Source: an uncultured Atopobiaceae bacterium (GTDB lineage: Bacteria; Actinomycetota; Coriobacteriia; Coriobacteriales; Atopobiaceae). From it: a stretch of DNA of 61,792 nt. Location: positions 1-61,792 of the forward strand of contig CANPVI010000001.1 in NCBI GenBank assembly GCA_947581665.1, in the 5' to 3' direction. Under the pieces are notes generated by a model that saw nothing but the letters and a program-made list of their open reading frames with translations, was not told the origin of the DNA and did no database searches. The position numbers and the translations under genes were made by a program. Shown one piece after another: positions 43,476 through 50,715 of the stretch (position 1 is the stretch's first letter; each line of letters starts with the position of its first letter).

Positions 43476-44685
43476 CCTCCATATAGTTGATTCCTCGGAG
43501 CAAGGAGTTCTTGCCGAACTTGTCCGTTATGGCAAGCACCGTCTGCTCCCTCCGCTTTTCTCTCTCCACTTCGCCAAAGTCTGTGAAGAGGTCGTAGCCT
43601 TCGCACGACTCATCGCATACGTCCGCGAAGTCGATTCCGAGTCGCCTGATCTCCGCTCCCTTGTCCGTGGTCTGCTCGAAGATTTCCATAACATACGGTA
43701 TCACCATCGAATACAGGTTAGTGGTCACCGTCATCCGCTTTGTCCCGCCCGTCGGTTCATGACCGCCGAACGTGTATCCCACGAAAATTCCCACTTTGTT
43801 GGTTATGACGTGCCGCCGCATCATCTCATGACAGCCGTTCAGCACCATCTCCGTCATCACGAGCTTCGCTTCATCGTAGTTGTAGTTTCTCGGTAGCACC
43901 TGTGAGAACGACACCGACTTCGACTTGCTGTGGTAGTTCTTGATGTCTTTTATCAGGCAAGGCTCTCTACCCCACGCATGGTCAATCAACAATTCTCCGT
44001 TAATCCCAAACACTTTATACAGGAGTTCCTGCGGTGCTTTCGCTATACCCTCCATGTCATAGATGCCGTATCGGGCAAGCCGTGATGCTGTGCCATGCGC
44101 TATCTGCCAGAAGTCCTCTATCGGTCGGTGATTCCACAGCGTCTTGATATAGGTTTCTTCGGTCAGATAGCCGATGTGGTCCTTGCTGTGCTTGGCGGTG
44201 ATATCCAAGGCTATCTTGGCGAGGTATAGGTTCGTCCCTATCCCTGCGGTCGATGGGATGTGCATTTTGTCGGCGATTTCGTTCATGAGCTTCTTCGCCA
44301 AGGCGACTGCATCCATCTTGAAGAGCGGCAAGTATTCCGTCACGTCGATGAACGACTCGTCTATCGAGTAGACGTGAATGTCCTGCGGATCGAAGTAGTT
44401 TAGATATAGGTCGTATATGTCGGCTGCGTACTCAATGTAGAGCTGCATCCGTGGCAGGGCTCGTATGAAATTTATCGACTTGGGAATCTCCGACATTCGG
44501 CATCGGTTTTTTATCCCCTGCGCCTTCATTTTGGGTGTGATAGCAAGACACAAGGCATTCTTGCCTCGCATTTCATCGACCACGGCAAGGTTCGTTTCGA
44601 AAGGATTTAACCCTCGCTCCGCACACTCGACCGATGCGTAAAAGGTCTTCATGTCTATGCAGAAGTATGTTCTCTGCGCTGCCAT
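43399..44685 (-). CDS. Y-family (DinB/UmuC-like) translesion DNA polymerase
   Basis: ..YFCIDMKTFYASVECAERG..VYSIDESFIDVT.. Confidence 0.9.
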   Translation of the reverse strand: MAAQRTYFCIDMKTFYASVECAERGLNPFETNLAVVDEMRGKNALCLAITPKMKAQGIKNRCRMSEIPKSINFIRALPRMQLYIEYAADIYDLYLNYFDPQDIHVYSIDESFIDVTEYLPLFKMDAVALAKKLMNEIADKMHIPSTAGIGTNLYLAKIALDITAKHSKDHIGYLTEETYIKTLWNHRPIEDFWQIAHGTASRLARYGIYDMEGIAKAPQELLYKVFGINGELLIDHAWGREPCLIKDIKNYHSKSKSVSFSQVLPRNYNYDEAKLVMTEMVLNGCHEMMRRHVITNKVGIFVGYTFGGHEPTGGTKRMTVTTNLYSMVIPYVMEIFEQTTDKGAEIRRLGIDFADVCDESCEGYDLFTDFGEVEREKRREQTVLAITDKFGKNSLLRGINYMEGATQRERNGFIGGHRAGYDDKGTKG

Positions 44686-44701
44686 CAGCCACCGCCTGTC
44701 T

Positions 44702-45304
44702 CTAATTCAAGTCCTTGATTACCTTTACCGCCACACCTTGCACCATGATTTGGTCAACGAAAATGTCATCCATATTCGGGTTTTCGGGATGCAGATAGTA
44801 GACATCTTCCTCCGAGTCGTATTCGAGCCGTTTCAGCGTGACTTCGTTCTCCACGAGTGCCACCACGATGTCGCCCACCTCTGCGGTTTCTTGCTGCCGT
44901 ATCAGCACAAGGTCTTCGTCATTGATGCCTGCGCCAATCATCGAATCGCCGCTTGCTTTCAAGATGAAGAATTTTCCTTGCCCTATCAACGACTCTGGCA
45001 GACGAACATATCCCTCGATATATTCCTCTACTTCGGTCAGCGGTCCGCAAGGGACTGCGCCGAGGATCGCCACCGACCGCATCGGTGAGTCGCTCTGGGC
45101 GAGTGATTTAGAGATGTAGCCGTTCCTGCCCTTGCAGAGCAGTCCGTCTTTCTCTAATCTCGCAAGGTATTTGTATGCTCCGCCAACACTCAAGCCGTAT
45201 TCTTCGGCTACTTCCCTGACTGTCGGTCCGTAGCCTTGCTTGTCGCATTGCTCTTCTACATACTCCTGTATTTGTTTCAAAAGGTTTTGGTCGGGACTGC
45301 GCAT
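44702..45304 (-). CDS. lexA: LexA-type repressor (winged HTH + S24 autopeptidase)
   Basis: ..GYGPTVREVAEEYGLS..; the cleavage region lies between the DNA-binding and S24 domains (exact scissile bond not identified); ..ASGDSMIGAGI..VTLKRL.. Confidence 0.9.
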   Translation of the reverse strand: MRSPDQNLLKQIQEYVEEQCDKQGYGPTVREVAEEYGLSVGGAYKYLARLEKDGLLCKGRNGYISKSLAQSDSPMRSVAILGAVPCGPLTEVEEYIEGYVRLPESLIGQGKFFILKASGDSMIGAGINDEDLVLIRQQETAEVGDIVVALVENEVTLKRLEYDSEEDVYYLHPENPNMDDIFVDQIMVQGVAVKVIKDLN

Positions 45305-45333
45305 ATCTCTCTTCCCCTTTTTTATTCTATCGT

Positions 45334-45415
45334 AAACGGCTGTTCACGATAGGTGCTTTTATTATAGCGATTCTCTTTGCCCTTGTCAATAGTTTTCTGT
45401 CGTACTTTTGCGACA
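45334..45415 (-). promoter_or_regulatory. lexA promoter: palindrome TGTCGCA-aaag-TACGACA, 8 nt, TTGACA-17-TATAAT, then a Cheo-type LexA box GAAC-N4-GTTT
   Basis: Palindrome 45398..45415, -35 at 45384..45389, -10 at 45361..45366, LexA box at 45334..45345 (inside CTATCGT..ACGATAG). Confidence 0.65.
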
Positions 45416-45439
45416 CCCAAAAGTTTTTTTCGGCGGCGC

Positions 45440-45745
45440 TCATTTTTTCTTGTAGTCGGCGAAGGCATATATCGGTGCCGGGTGCTTGCTCTGTCTTCTT
45501 GCCATGTAGCCGTACATACTCACATTGTAGAGCTTGCCGTCTGCGTGGATGGCAAGCGTGAAGAAGTCCGTCCCCTTGCTCGGATCGATCTCTTCTCCGT
45601 TCATCCATACGCAGCCGAGGTCCTTCGCCCATTGGAGAAAGGCTCTCCCCTCTCTCTTCATATCCTTTACAGTGAACCATACCATCTGCTCATTCCCACA
45701 CATATCCTTGTAGGTCAATTCGGTTGTCTTCGTTACTTTTCGCAT
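45440..45745 (-). CDS. hypothetical 101-aa protein
   Basis: MRKVTKTTELTYKDMCGNEQMVWFTVKDMKREGRAFLQWAKDLG..; GAGAGG SD. Start is ATG 45745. Confidence 0.6.
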   Translation of the reverse strand: MRKVTKTTELTYKDMCGNEQMVWFTVKDMKREGRAFLQWAKDLGCVWMNGEEIDPSKGTDFFTLAIHADGKLYNVSMYGYMARRQSKHPAPIYAFADYKKK

Positions 45746-45749
45746 AAAA

Positions 45750-45911
45750 ATACCTCTCTGTTGGATTCCACAAAGAGGTATGAGAAAACCCATCGTCCGA
45801 TGGGTTCTTCCTTTCGTTATATCCCATCGTTCAGCCTTTAGCACCTTGCCGTTCGGTAGGTTGCTGTGCGGTCATTGGGGCTGTCCCTAACGCACTCTTT
45901 ATGGTACTTTT
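45750..45911 (-). promoter_or_regulatory. ~160-nt attenuator-like leader of 45440..45745
   Basis: On the RNA, CGATGGG (45829..45823), CCCATCG (45804..45798) and CGATGGG (45795..45789) are followed by UUUUCUC. An SD-sequestering hairpin follows at 45750..45781. Confidence 0.5.
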
Positions 45912-45940
45912 ATTATAATGCCTGTTTGCCCACAAGTCAA
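45912..45940 (-). promoter_or_regulatory. consensus promoter TTGACT-17-TATAAT (leftward)
   Basis: -35 at 45940..45935 and -10 at 45917..45912. Confidence 0.65.
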
Positions 45941-45966
45941 TGTTATGTGCCACTTTATTTTTGGGA

Positions 45967-45984
45967 TGTCGCACTTATGCGACA
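45967..45984. promoter_or_regulatory. palindrome TGTCGCA-ctta-TGCGACA between divergent promoters (candidate operator)
   Basis: Perfect 7-bp arms. Same motif as at 45398, 48861 and 61360. Confidence 0.6.
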
Positions 45985-46016
45985 ACAAAAATTTTCCCCA
46001 CACACCCCGTTTGGCA

Positions 46017-46045
46017 TTGACTTCTCTCGGCGGTTCGAGTATAAT
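46017..46045 (+). promoter_or_regulatory. consensus promoter TTGACT-17-TATAAT (rightward)
   Basis: -35 at 46017..46022 and -10 at 46040..46045. Confidence 0.7.
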
Positions 46046-46051
46046 ATCATC

Positions 46052-46375
46052 GTAAGCCATTGGTATTTGAAGACCGTGCTATGTCGCCCTACAAGGGTTT
46101 GACGAGGAAACCCCCAAGGCTTTGAGACATTTTGGGATTGATGATAGCGCACCGTACCAGTGACCCCCTTCCGTAACCCATCGGCACTAACGTGGTCTTT
46201 GAAAATTCTCGTTATACCACGGACAGAGCAAGTGAGCTTCTTGCGTGCTTCTGCGTTACACCAACAAATCGAGCAATGGGCATTGCCCACTTGCTTGTTT
46301 TGCGTTGTGTGTAACGATGGGAGCGACCGAGTCAGTTTCTTTCCCCTACACACAGCGTGTGGGGGTTTATTTTTG
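46052..46375 (+). ncRNA. ~320-nt structured leader / ncRNA ending in an intrinsic terminator, upstream of the mini-HNH gene; class not recognised
   Basis: 10-bp closing helix 46066..46075 / 46194..46203. Terminator CCCCTACACAC-agc-GTGTGGGGG+TTTATTTTT (46343..46375). Competing pairings are GTGTGTA (46307) with TACACAC (46347), and CGTTACAC (46254) with GTGTAACG (46309). Confidence 0.5.
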
Positions 46376-46397
46376 GCTCGGAAAGGAGGTGTTATCT

Positions 46398-46739
46398 ATG
46401 AAAATCAATCGCTCTACTGCCATGATGCTCTGGGAGGAACAATTCGGTGATGCGGAGTTCGCCGAAGATTTCCATGGGAACTTGATGCGCCGTTCCGCCT
46501 ATGGCGATGCCGACTACTGCACTCGGTATCATGGGGAACTCATCTATTGCGGATGGAATATTCACCATATTCTCCCCCGCACCCACGGCGGCACCAATGC
46601 CTTTGAAAACCTCATCTGCACCAATGTGGCGACCAATGAGGCGGCGGCGGACAAGATCACCTATTGGATTGATGACTCGCTCTACCAAGTGCGCCGCATA
46701 TTCGGCACGAGTCAACACGAAATAGTCAGGATCACTTAA
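46398..46739 (+). CDS. minimal HNH endonuclease (113 aa)
   Basis: AGGAGG SD. ..YCGWNIHHILPRTHGGTNAFENLICTNVATNEAAADK.. Confidence 0.75.
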   Translation: MKINRSTAMMLWEEQFGDAEFAEDFHGNLMRRSAYGDADYCTRYHGELIYCGWNIHHILPRTHGGTNAFENLICTNVATNEAAADKITYWIDDSLYQVRRIFGTSQHEIVRIT

Positions 46740-46744
46740 AAGAC

Positions 46745-46787
46745 GAACACCCCAAAGCCTCGGCTCTGGGGTGTTCCTTTATGTTTT
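46745..46787. terminator. bidirectional rho-independent terminator between convergent genes
   Basis: GAACACCCCAAAGCC-tcg-GCTCTGGGGTGTTC, flanked by an A-run and a T-run. Confidence 0.7.
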
Positions 46788-46793
46788 ATCCAA

Positions 46794-47351
46794 TTATCCT
46801 GCTCTGGGGTATCCGCGCTTTGCCAAGTCATCATACACTTCGCTTACTGCCGCATAGAAGTTTTCGCCATACTGCGCTGGCGGTTTAATGTACGACACAT
46901 CCCCATACTTGTATCTCATGACCGCCGTTGAGAAGACAAATGCATCGAACTCCATTCCCTGCTCGAAATATTGCTTGTTCTGGCTCCCATCTGCGTTTAT
47001 CGGGCCGTGGTATTGTTCGGTTTCCTCCACCCACTTCTTCAATGTGCCGGGGGAGATAACTGTTTCCCTACCGCTCTCCATGTCATCAATCTGTGAGTAT
47101 TGGAAGATATGGCGGATTTCGTGAAGTAAAAAATATTCTATCTGTAATGGTTCGTTCTTTTCAAATGCCGTGACAACCGAGGCTATATTGAGCTGCAATA
47201 CATCTTCCTTTCGGCTGTATGCGCCAAAAACTGCAGGACGTTCATTAAAGAAAAATGTCCAACGTACCTGTTTTTTGAGTGCGAAAAAACACATATCACT
47301 CCGAATGATATTGCTGATTAACGGCGCATATTGCTCATAGATTCTCTGCAT
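46794..47351 (-). CDS. putative zinc metallopeptidase (HExxH)
   Basis: ..IEYFLLHEIRHIFQYSQ.. Start set to ATG 47351; the SD is weak. Confidence 0.5.
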   Translation of the reverse strand: MQRIYEQYAPLISNIIRSDMCFFALKKQVRWTFFFNERPAVFGAYSRKEDVLQLNIASVVTAFEKNEPLQIEYFLLHEIRHIFQYSQIDDMESGRETVISPGTLKKWVEETEQYHGPINADGSQNKQYFEQGMEFDAFVFSTAVMRYKYGDVSYIKPPAQYGENFYAAVSEVYDDLAKRGYPRAG

Positions 47352-47401
47352 TATTTTATGTTTCCCTGTTGGTCTTTCATTGATGCCGGGGTATCCGCCT
47401 G

Positions 47402-47635
47402 TCAGTCCCAATATACTGCCCAATGCATCTGCTCTGGTGTCATCCTTCTTCCTTCTTGAGCATATTTCAGGAACATCATCCTGCAATACGAATCGATGGG
47501 ATCCTTGGAGAGTACCTTCTGGGCGAGATGTTCACCCCAGACCTTGTCTTCGTCCAAGCAATTCGAGAGTATATAATCGTGGACGAGCTTCTCTTCTTCG
47601 GCTGTGAGCTCCCGCTCTTCCTCGAATTCATCCAT
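47402..47635 (-). CDS. hypothetical 77-aa acidic protein
   Basis: MDEFEEERELTAEEEKLVHDYILSN..; GGAGGG SD. Confidence 0.45.
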   Translation of the reverse strand: MDEFEEERELTAEEEKLVHDYILSNCLDEDKVWGEHLAQKVLSKDPIDSYCRMMFLKYAQEGRRMTPEQMHWAVYWD

Positions 47636-47651
47636 CCCAATTATCCCTCCG

Positions 47652-48815
47652 TCAATCGTCTTCGTCCGCCAAGGATTCCTTGTATTCTTCAATGTCCTTT
47701 TCCCATTTGACCATCCGTTTGTCGAGGATTGGATTTTTCAGTTCCTTTAATCTGGGGAGTATAAAGGAAACGAATGCGTCCATCCCGCCCGTCTCGGTGT
47801 CGGTATAGCATAAGTCCAAAAGGTCGCTCACCATGTCCGCCTTGTCGCCCAATTTTATCTTGGCATCGTCAAGCAGTCCCTGTAATAACTGAACGGCGAG
47901 TGTGCCATTATTCCTCTTCAAAGCCATAAAAATAAACTGTTCGTAGCCGTACAGCACGCTGTCGCGTTCCCTGATTATGGAGAGGAAAAATTCTGTATTG
48001 GCGGCAATGTAGTCGTAGACCTTTTCTGCAAATCCTTTGGGCATATCGTCTGGATAACCAAGGGAGAATGTGGTAATATCCTGCACCCCTTCTTCGTCAT
48101 AGCAAGCATACGGAGTGAATTCCTTTACGAGCCATGCCCAAATTTCAACGGCGAGATCTACATTGTACTCCGCTATTTTTCTCATGAGGTCGCACAGGAT
48201 GTCATCCGTTGAATAGTAGTCGGTGAACTCCTTGGGGAGCCCATGCCCATGCACGACCGCATCGACAAGCTCAAAGCCGTATAACTCATCGCAATACTGT
48301 GCGGCGATACAGTTTTGGGAAAGGATGAACTCACAGCGGCGCATCCGCAAACGATCTTGTTCGTCCAATTCTCTGCACGATTTTAAGTAAGGGAGAGTGC
48401 CTTCCGCCTCTTCCCTCCGTGATGTGACTCCCCCATCAGCACTCGGTTTTCTTGTCGATACGGAAATGGAGAGTTCTATGGATATACCGCTGTCCGACTC
48501 GCCCGCATCGTCCACTTCGTCTATGTCGTCCAAGTCGTCATCGCCGTCATCGTTGCACAGCATTTTGGTGTGCGGGTTCTCAAAATCGCCTTCGTCTATA
48601 TCGTCATCAAGCTCGTCCGAAAAATCATCCTCGTCATCATCACCAAAGTCGGTGGTCACCTTTTCTTGGGACTTTTCATAGGCTTCCCGCATCTCGCGTT
48701 CTTCCTCGTCGACAACCGCCCGCTCAAAGAAGTCATAGTGACCATCCTTGTCTTTGTCATGGATCCCAAGCGGATCCATCATTTTATAAAATTCGTCAAG
48801 AAAATCTTTCCCCAT
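47652..48815 (-). CDS. 387-aa protein with an extremely acidic N-terminal third; unknown function; apparently leaderless mRNA
   Basis: ..DFGDDDEDDFSDELDDDIDEGDFENP..DDGDDDLDDIDEVDDAGESD.. ATG 48815 lies 8 nt after the -10 box and no SD is present. Confidence 0.6.
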   Translation of the reverse strand: MGKDFLDEFYKMMDPLGIHDKDKDGHYDFFERAVVDEEEREMREAYEKSQEKVTTDFGDDDEDDFSDELDDDIDEGDFENPHTKMLCNDDGDDDLDDIDEVDDAGESDSGISIELSISVSTRKPSADGGVTSRREEAEGTLPYLKSCRELDEQDRLRMRRCEFILSQNCIAAQYCDELYGFELVDAVVHGHGLPKEFTDYYSTDDILCDLMRKIAEYNVDLAVEIWAWLVKEFTPYACYDEEGVQDITTFSLGYPDDMPKGFAEKVYDYIAANTEFFLSIIRERDSVLYGYEQFIFMALKRNNGTLAVQLLQGLLDDAKIKLGDKADMVSDLLDLCYTDTETGGMDAFVSFILPRLKELKNPILDKRMVKWEKDIEEYKESLADEDD

Positions 48816-48823
48816 ACACACCT

Positions 48824-48878
48824 ATTATAACATTCTGCGTTCCCCATGTCAATAATGACCTGTCGCAAAAGTGCGACT
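48824..48878 (-). promoter_or_regulatory. palindrome AGTCGCA-cttt-TGCGACA, 8 nt, TTGACA-17-TGtTATAAT
   Basis: -10 at 48824..48829, -35 at 48847..48852, palindrome at 48861..48878. Confidence 0.7.
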
Positions 48879-48889
48879 TTTAATTTCCC

Positions 48890-49189
48890 CTATCTCTCGG
48901 CTTCGGTTCGGACATACAGCATGATGCAGTCCACATATTTTTGTTCATATCGGTAAAGCGTCCGAGAGGTGCAATATCTCTCAATCGCCACTCCGTCTAT
49001 GGTCTTTCTGCGGTTCGGTCCTTCGCCAAATATGCTTTTTATGATCTCGGTATGGTTTGTCTGTTCGATTGCGTCATACACCGCAAAAAACTCTACCGCC
49101 TTTCGGTAGGCTGCTATGTAAATCGGATCCCGTTCATCAATTTGCCGTACTATCATTTTCGCTGTTCGGCTATAAGAGTAACTGCCCAT
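48890..49189 (-). CDS. 99-aa putative HTH protein (sigma region-4/DUF1492-like C-terminus)
   Basis: ..IERYCTSRTLYRYEQKYVDCIM.. Confidence 0.45.
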   Translation of the reverse strand: MGSYSYSRTAKMIVRQIDERDPIYIAAYRKAVEFFAVYDAIEQTNHTEIIKSIFGEGPNRRKTIDGVAIERYCTSRTLYRYEQKYVDCIMLYVRTEAER

Positions 49190-49339
49190 AGATGTTATCG
49201 CATACTGCTATTTTTCTTTCATTATTTCCCTTTTACTCGCCCAATCGGGCGGCATTACTTGTCCCCATTTTTCGACAAAAAATGGCGAAATTCGACTTTC
49301 CGTCCTGATACACTTATCTCATACAAGGAGGTCGTTGCT

Positions 49340-49561
49340 ATGAGAAAACTTGATTCAGAACAGACGCTTATTCAGTTGGTTCATTTGCTTCTGGAATTCC
49401 TTGATGAGATAAATGACCCAATTGACACTTTCGAAAACTCGGACTTCGTTCTTGGCGAGAAAACTGCCTATGTCGAATGTCTGGAACTGATACAGGAACG
49501 GTGGTCCAAAGGTTCGGAGTACGGCATCCCTCAGAACATCGAAAAACTTTATCCCGTCTGA
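49340..49561 (+). CDS. hypothetical 73-aa protein
   Basis: AAGGAGG SD. MRKLDSEQTLIQLVHLLLEFLDEINDPIDTF.. Confidence 0.5.
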   Translation: MRKLDSEQTLIQLVHLLLEFLDEINDPIDTFENSDFVLGEKTAYVECLELIQERWSKGSEYGIPQNIEKLYPV

Positions 49562-49584
49562 CCGTATTCTCCCCACAAAAGACA

Positions 49585-49620
49585 AGCACCCCAAAGCGTT
49601 TCGCTTTGAGGTGCTTTTTC
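49585..49620. terminator. bidirectional rho-independent terminator
   Basis: AGCACCCCAAAGCG-ttt-CGCTTTGAGGTGCT followed by TTTTT. Confidence 0.7.
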
Positions 49621-49642
49621 TGTCCTTCTATTCCAGACGCTT

Positions 49643-49876
49643 TTATTCGTTCACATCGTCAAATATAGGATCATCGAAAAACTCTTTCATGGTCACTCCC
49701 ATTGTCGAAAGGATGTCGTACAATAGGTTCAAACTGACCTTTTCTTGCTTATGGTTGAACAGCTGTGAAAGCGTGGACTTGGCAATGCCGCCCTCTCGGT
49801 TCAGGCTGTACAGCGTTGCGCCCTTCTGCTGCATAAGCACACGCAATCGCGCTATAACGGCATCTACCAATTTCAT
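49643..49876 (-). CDS. XRE/Cro-CI-type HTH regulator
   Basis: ..LMQQKGATLYSLNREGGIAKSTLSQLFNHKQEKVSLNLLYDI.. Start is ATG 49876 (AGGAGGG). Confidence 0.75.
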   Translation of the reverse strand: MKLVDAVIARLRVLMQQKGATLYSLNREGGIAKSTLSQLFNHKQEKVSLNLLYDILSTMGVTMKEFFDDPIFDDVNE

Positions 49877-49964
49877 GAGCCCCACCCTCCTTTGGTTCTT
49901 TCTACTGAACCCTTTTATTATATTTTATGGTGCATAAAAAAGTGGTTCTACCCATAGAAATCCG

Positions 49965-49994
49965 TTTTACTTTCGGGAGGGTTTATGTTACAAT
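49965..49994 (+). promoter_or_regulatory. promoter TTTACT-18-TGtTACAAT for the SLOG gene
   Basis: Read directly. Divergent from the XRE gene. Confidence 0.5.
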
Positions 49995-50018
49995 AAAGGG
50001 TATCCGTTGGAGGGTTTT

Positions 50019-50537
50019 ATGGGCAACATTTGCTGTGTCACTGGGCATCGGCCGAGTAGCTTCCCTTGGAATTTTTGGGATCCTGACAGTGTTCCTCGCC
50101 AAAAATATTTGCAAGTCATGGCATCTGCCATTGACCATGCTATCCGCGAAGACGGCGTTGACCGCTTCATCGCCGGGGGTGCAATCGGTGCTGATACCGA
50201 CTTTGCCGAAACCGTGCTACACTACAGAGACTGCATTCACGAACACATCCGCTTGGAAATCGCCGTCCCCTGCCCCAATCAAAACCTTAAATGGACCGAG
50301 CAAGACAAGGAACGGTATCAGCGGATCCTTGACTCCGCCGATTTGGTCACTACCGTTTCGGACCGCTACACTCGGTTTTGTATGCAAAAGCGAAACGAAT
50401 ACATGGTCGATAACTCCGACATCGTCTTCGCCTTTTGGAATAATACCATCGCCAAGGGCGGCACTTGGAACACCATTCAATATGCGAAGAAAAAGCAAAA
50501 GCGCATAGAATTATTTGTCCTCAACGATTATATTTGA
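50019..50537 (+). CDS. SLOG-family (DUF1273 / YpsA-like) protein
   Basis: MGNICCVTGHRPSSF..FIAGGAIGADTDFAE..; family-typical GHRP and GGAxGxD motifs. Confidence 0.75.
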   Translation: MGNICCVTGHRPSSFPWNFWDPDSVPRQKYLQVMASAIDHAIREDGVDRFIAGGAIGADTDFAETVLHYRDCIHEHIRLEIAVPCPNQNLKWTEQDKERYQRILDSADLVTTVSDRYTRFCMQKRNEYMVDNSDIVFAFWNNTIAKGGTWNTIQYAKKKQKRIELFVLNDYI

Positions 50538-50623
50538 CTGACCGCTTCCCTCTTTGCTCTGTGGTCTATCGGTTATTTCGCAAGGACAATTCTCATTTTA
50601 TTGCGCACCACTTGATTGGCATT

Positions 50624-50653
50624 GAGAGCAGCACGATCTGCTCTCTTTTTTTT
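50624..50653 (+). terminator. rho-independent terminator
   Basis: GAGAGCAG-cacgat-CTGCTCTC followed by TTTTTTTT. Confidence 0.75.
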
Positions 50654-50715
50654 GTCAATGGTTCTTTCGCCCCGACCGTTCTCGGTCACTTTATGGGCAA
50701 AAAGGAGGTGAACTT

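Noticed and set aside
46052-46375. Known RNA classes for the structured leader: glmS ribozyme (because of UUGACGAGGA), T-box, TPP/SAM/cobalamin/c-di-GMP riboswitches, RNase P, tRNA
   Set aside because: I could find none of the conserved cores: the T-box GGUGGNACCGCG, the glmS active-site context, the B12 box or the tRNA T-loop GGTTCGAATC. The isolated GACGAGGA match is too short to count. The RNA is left as unclassified.
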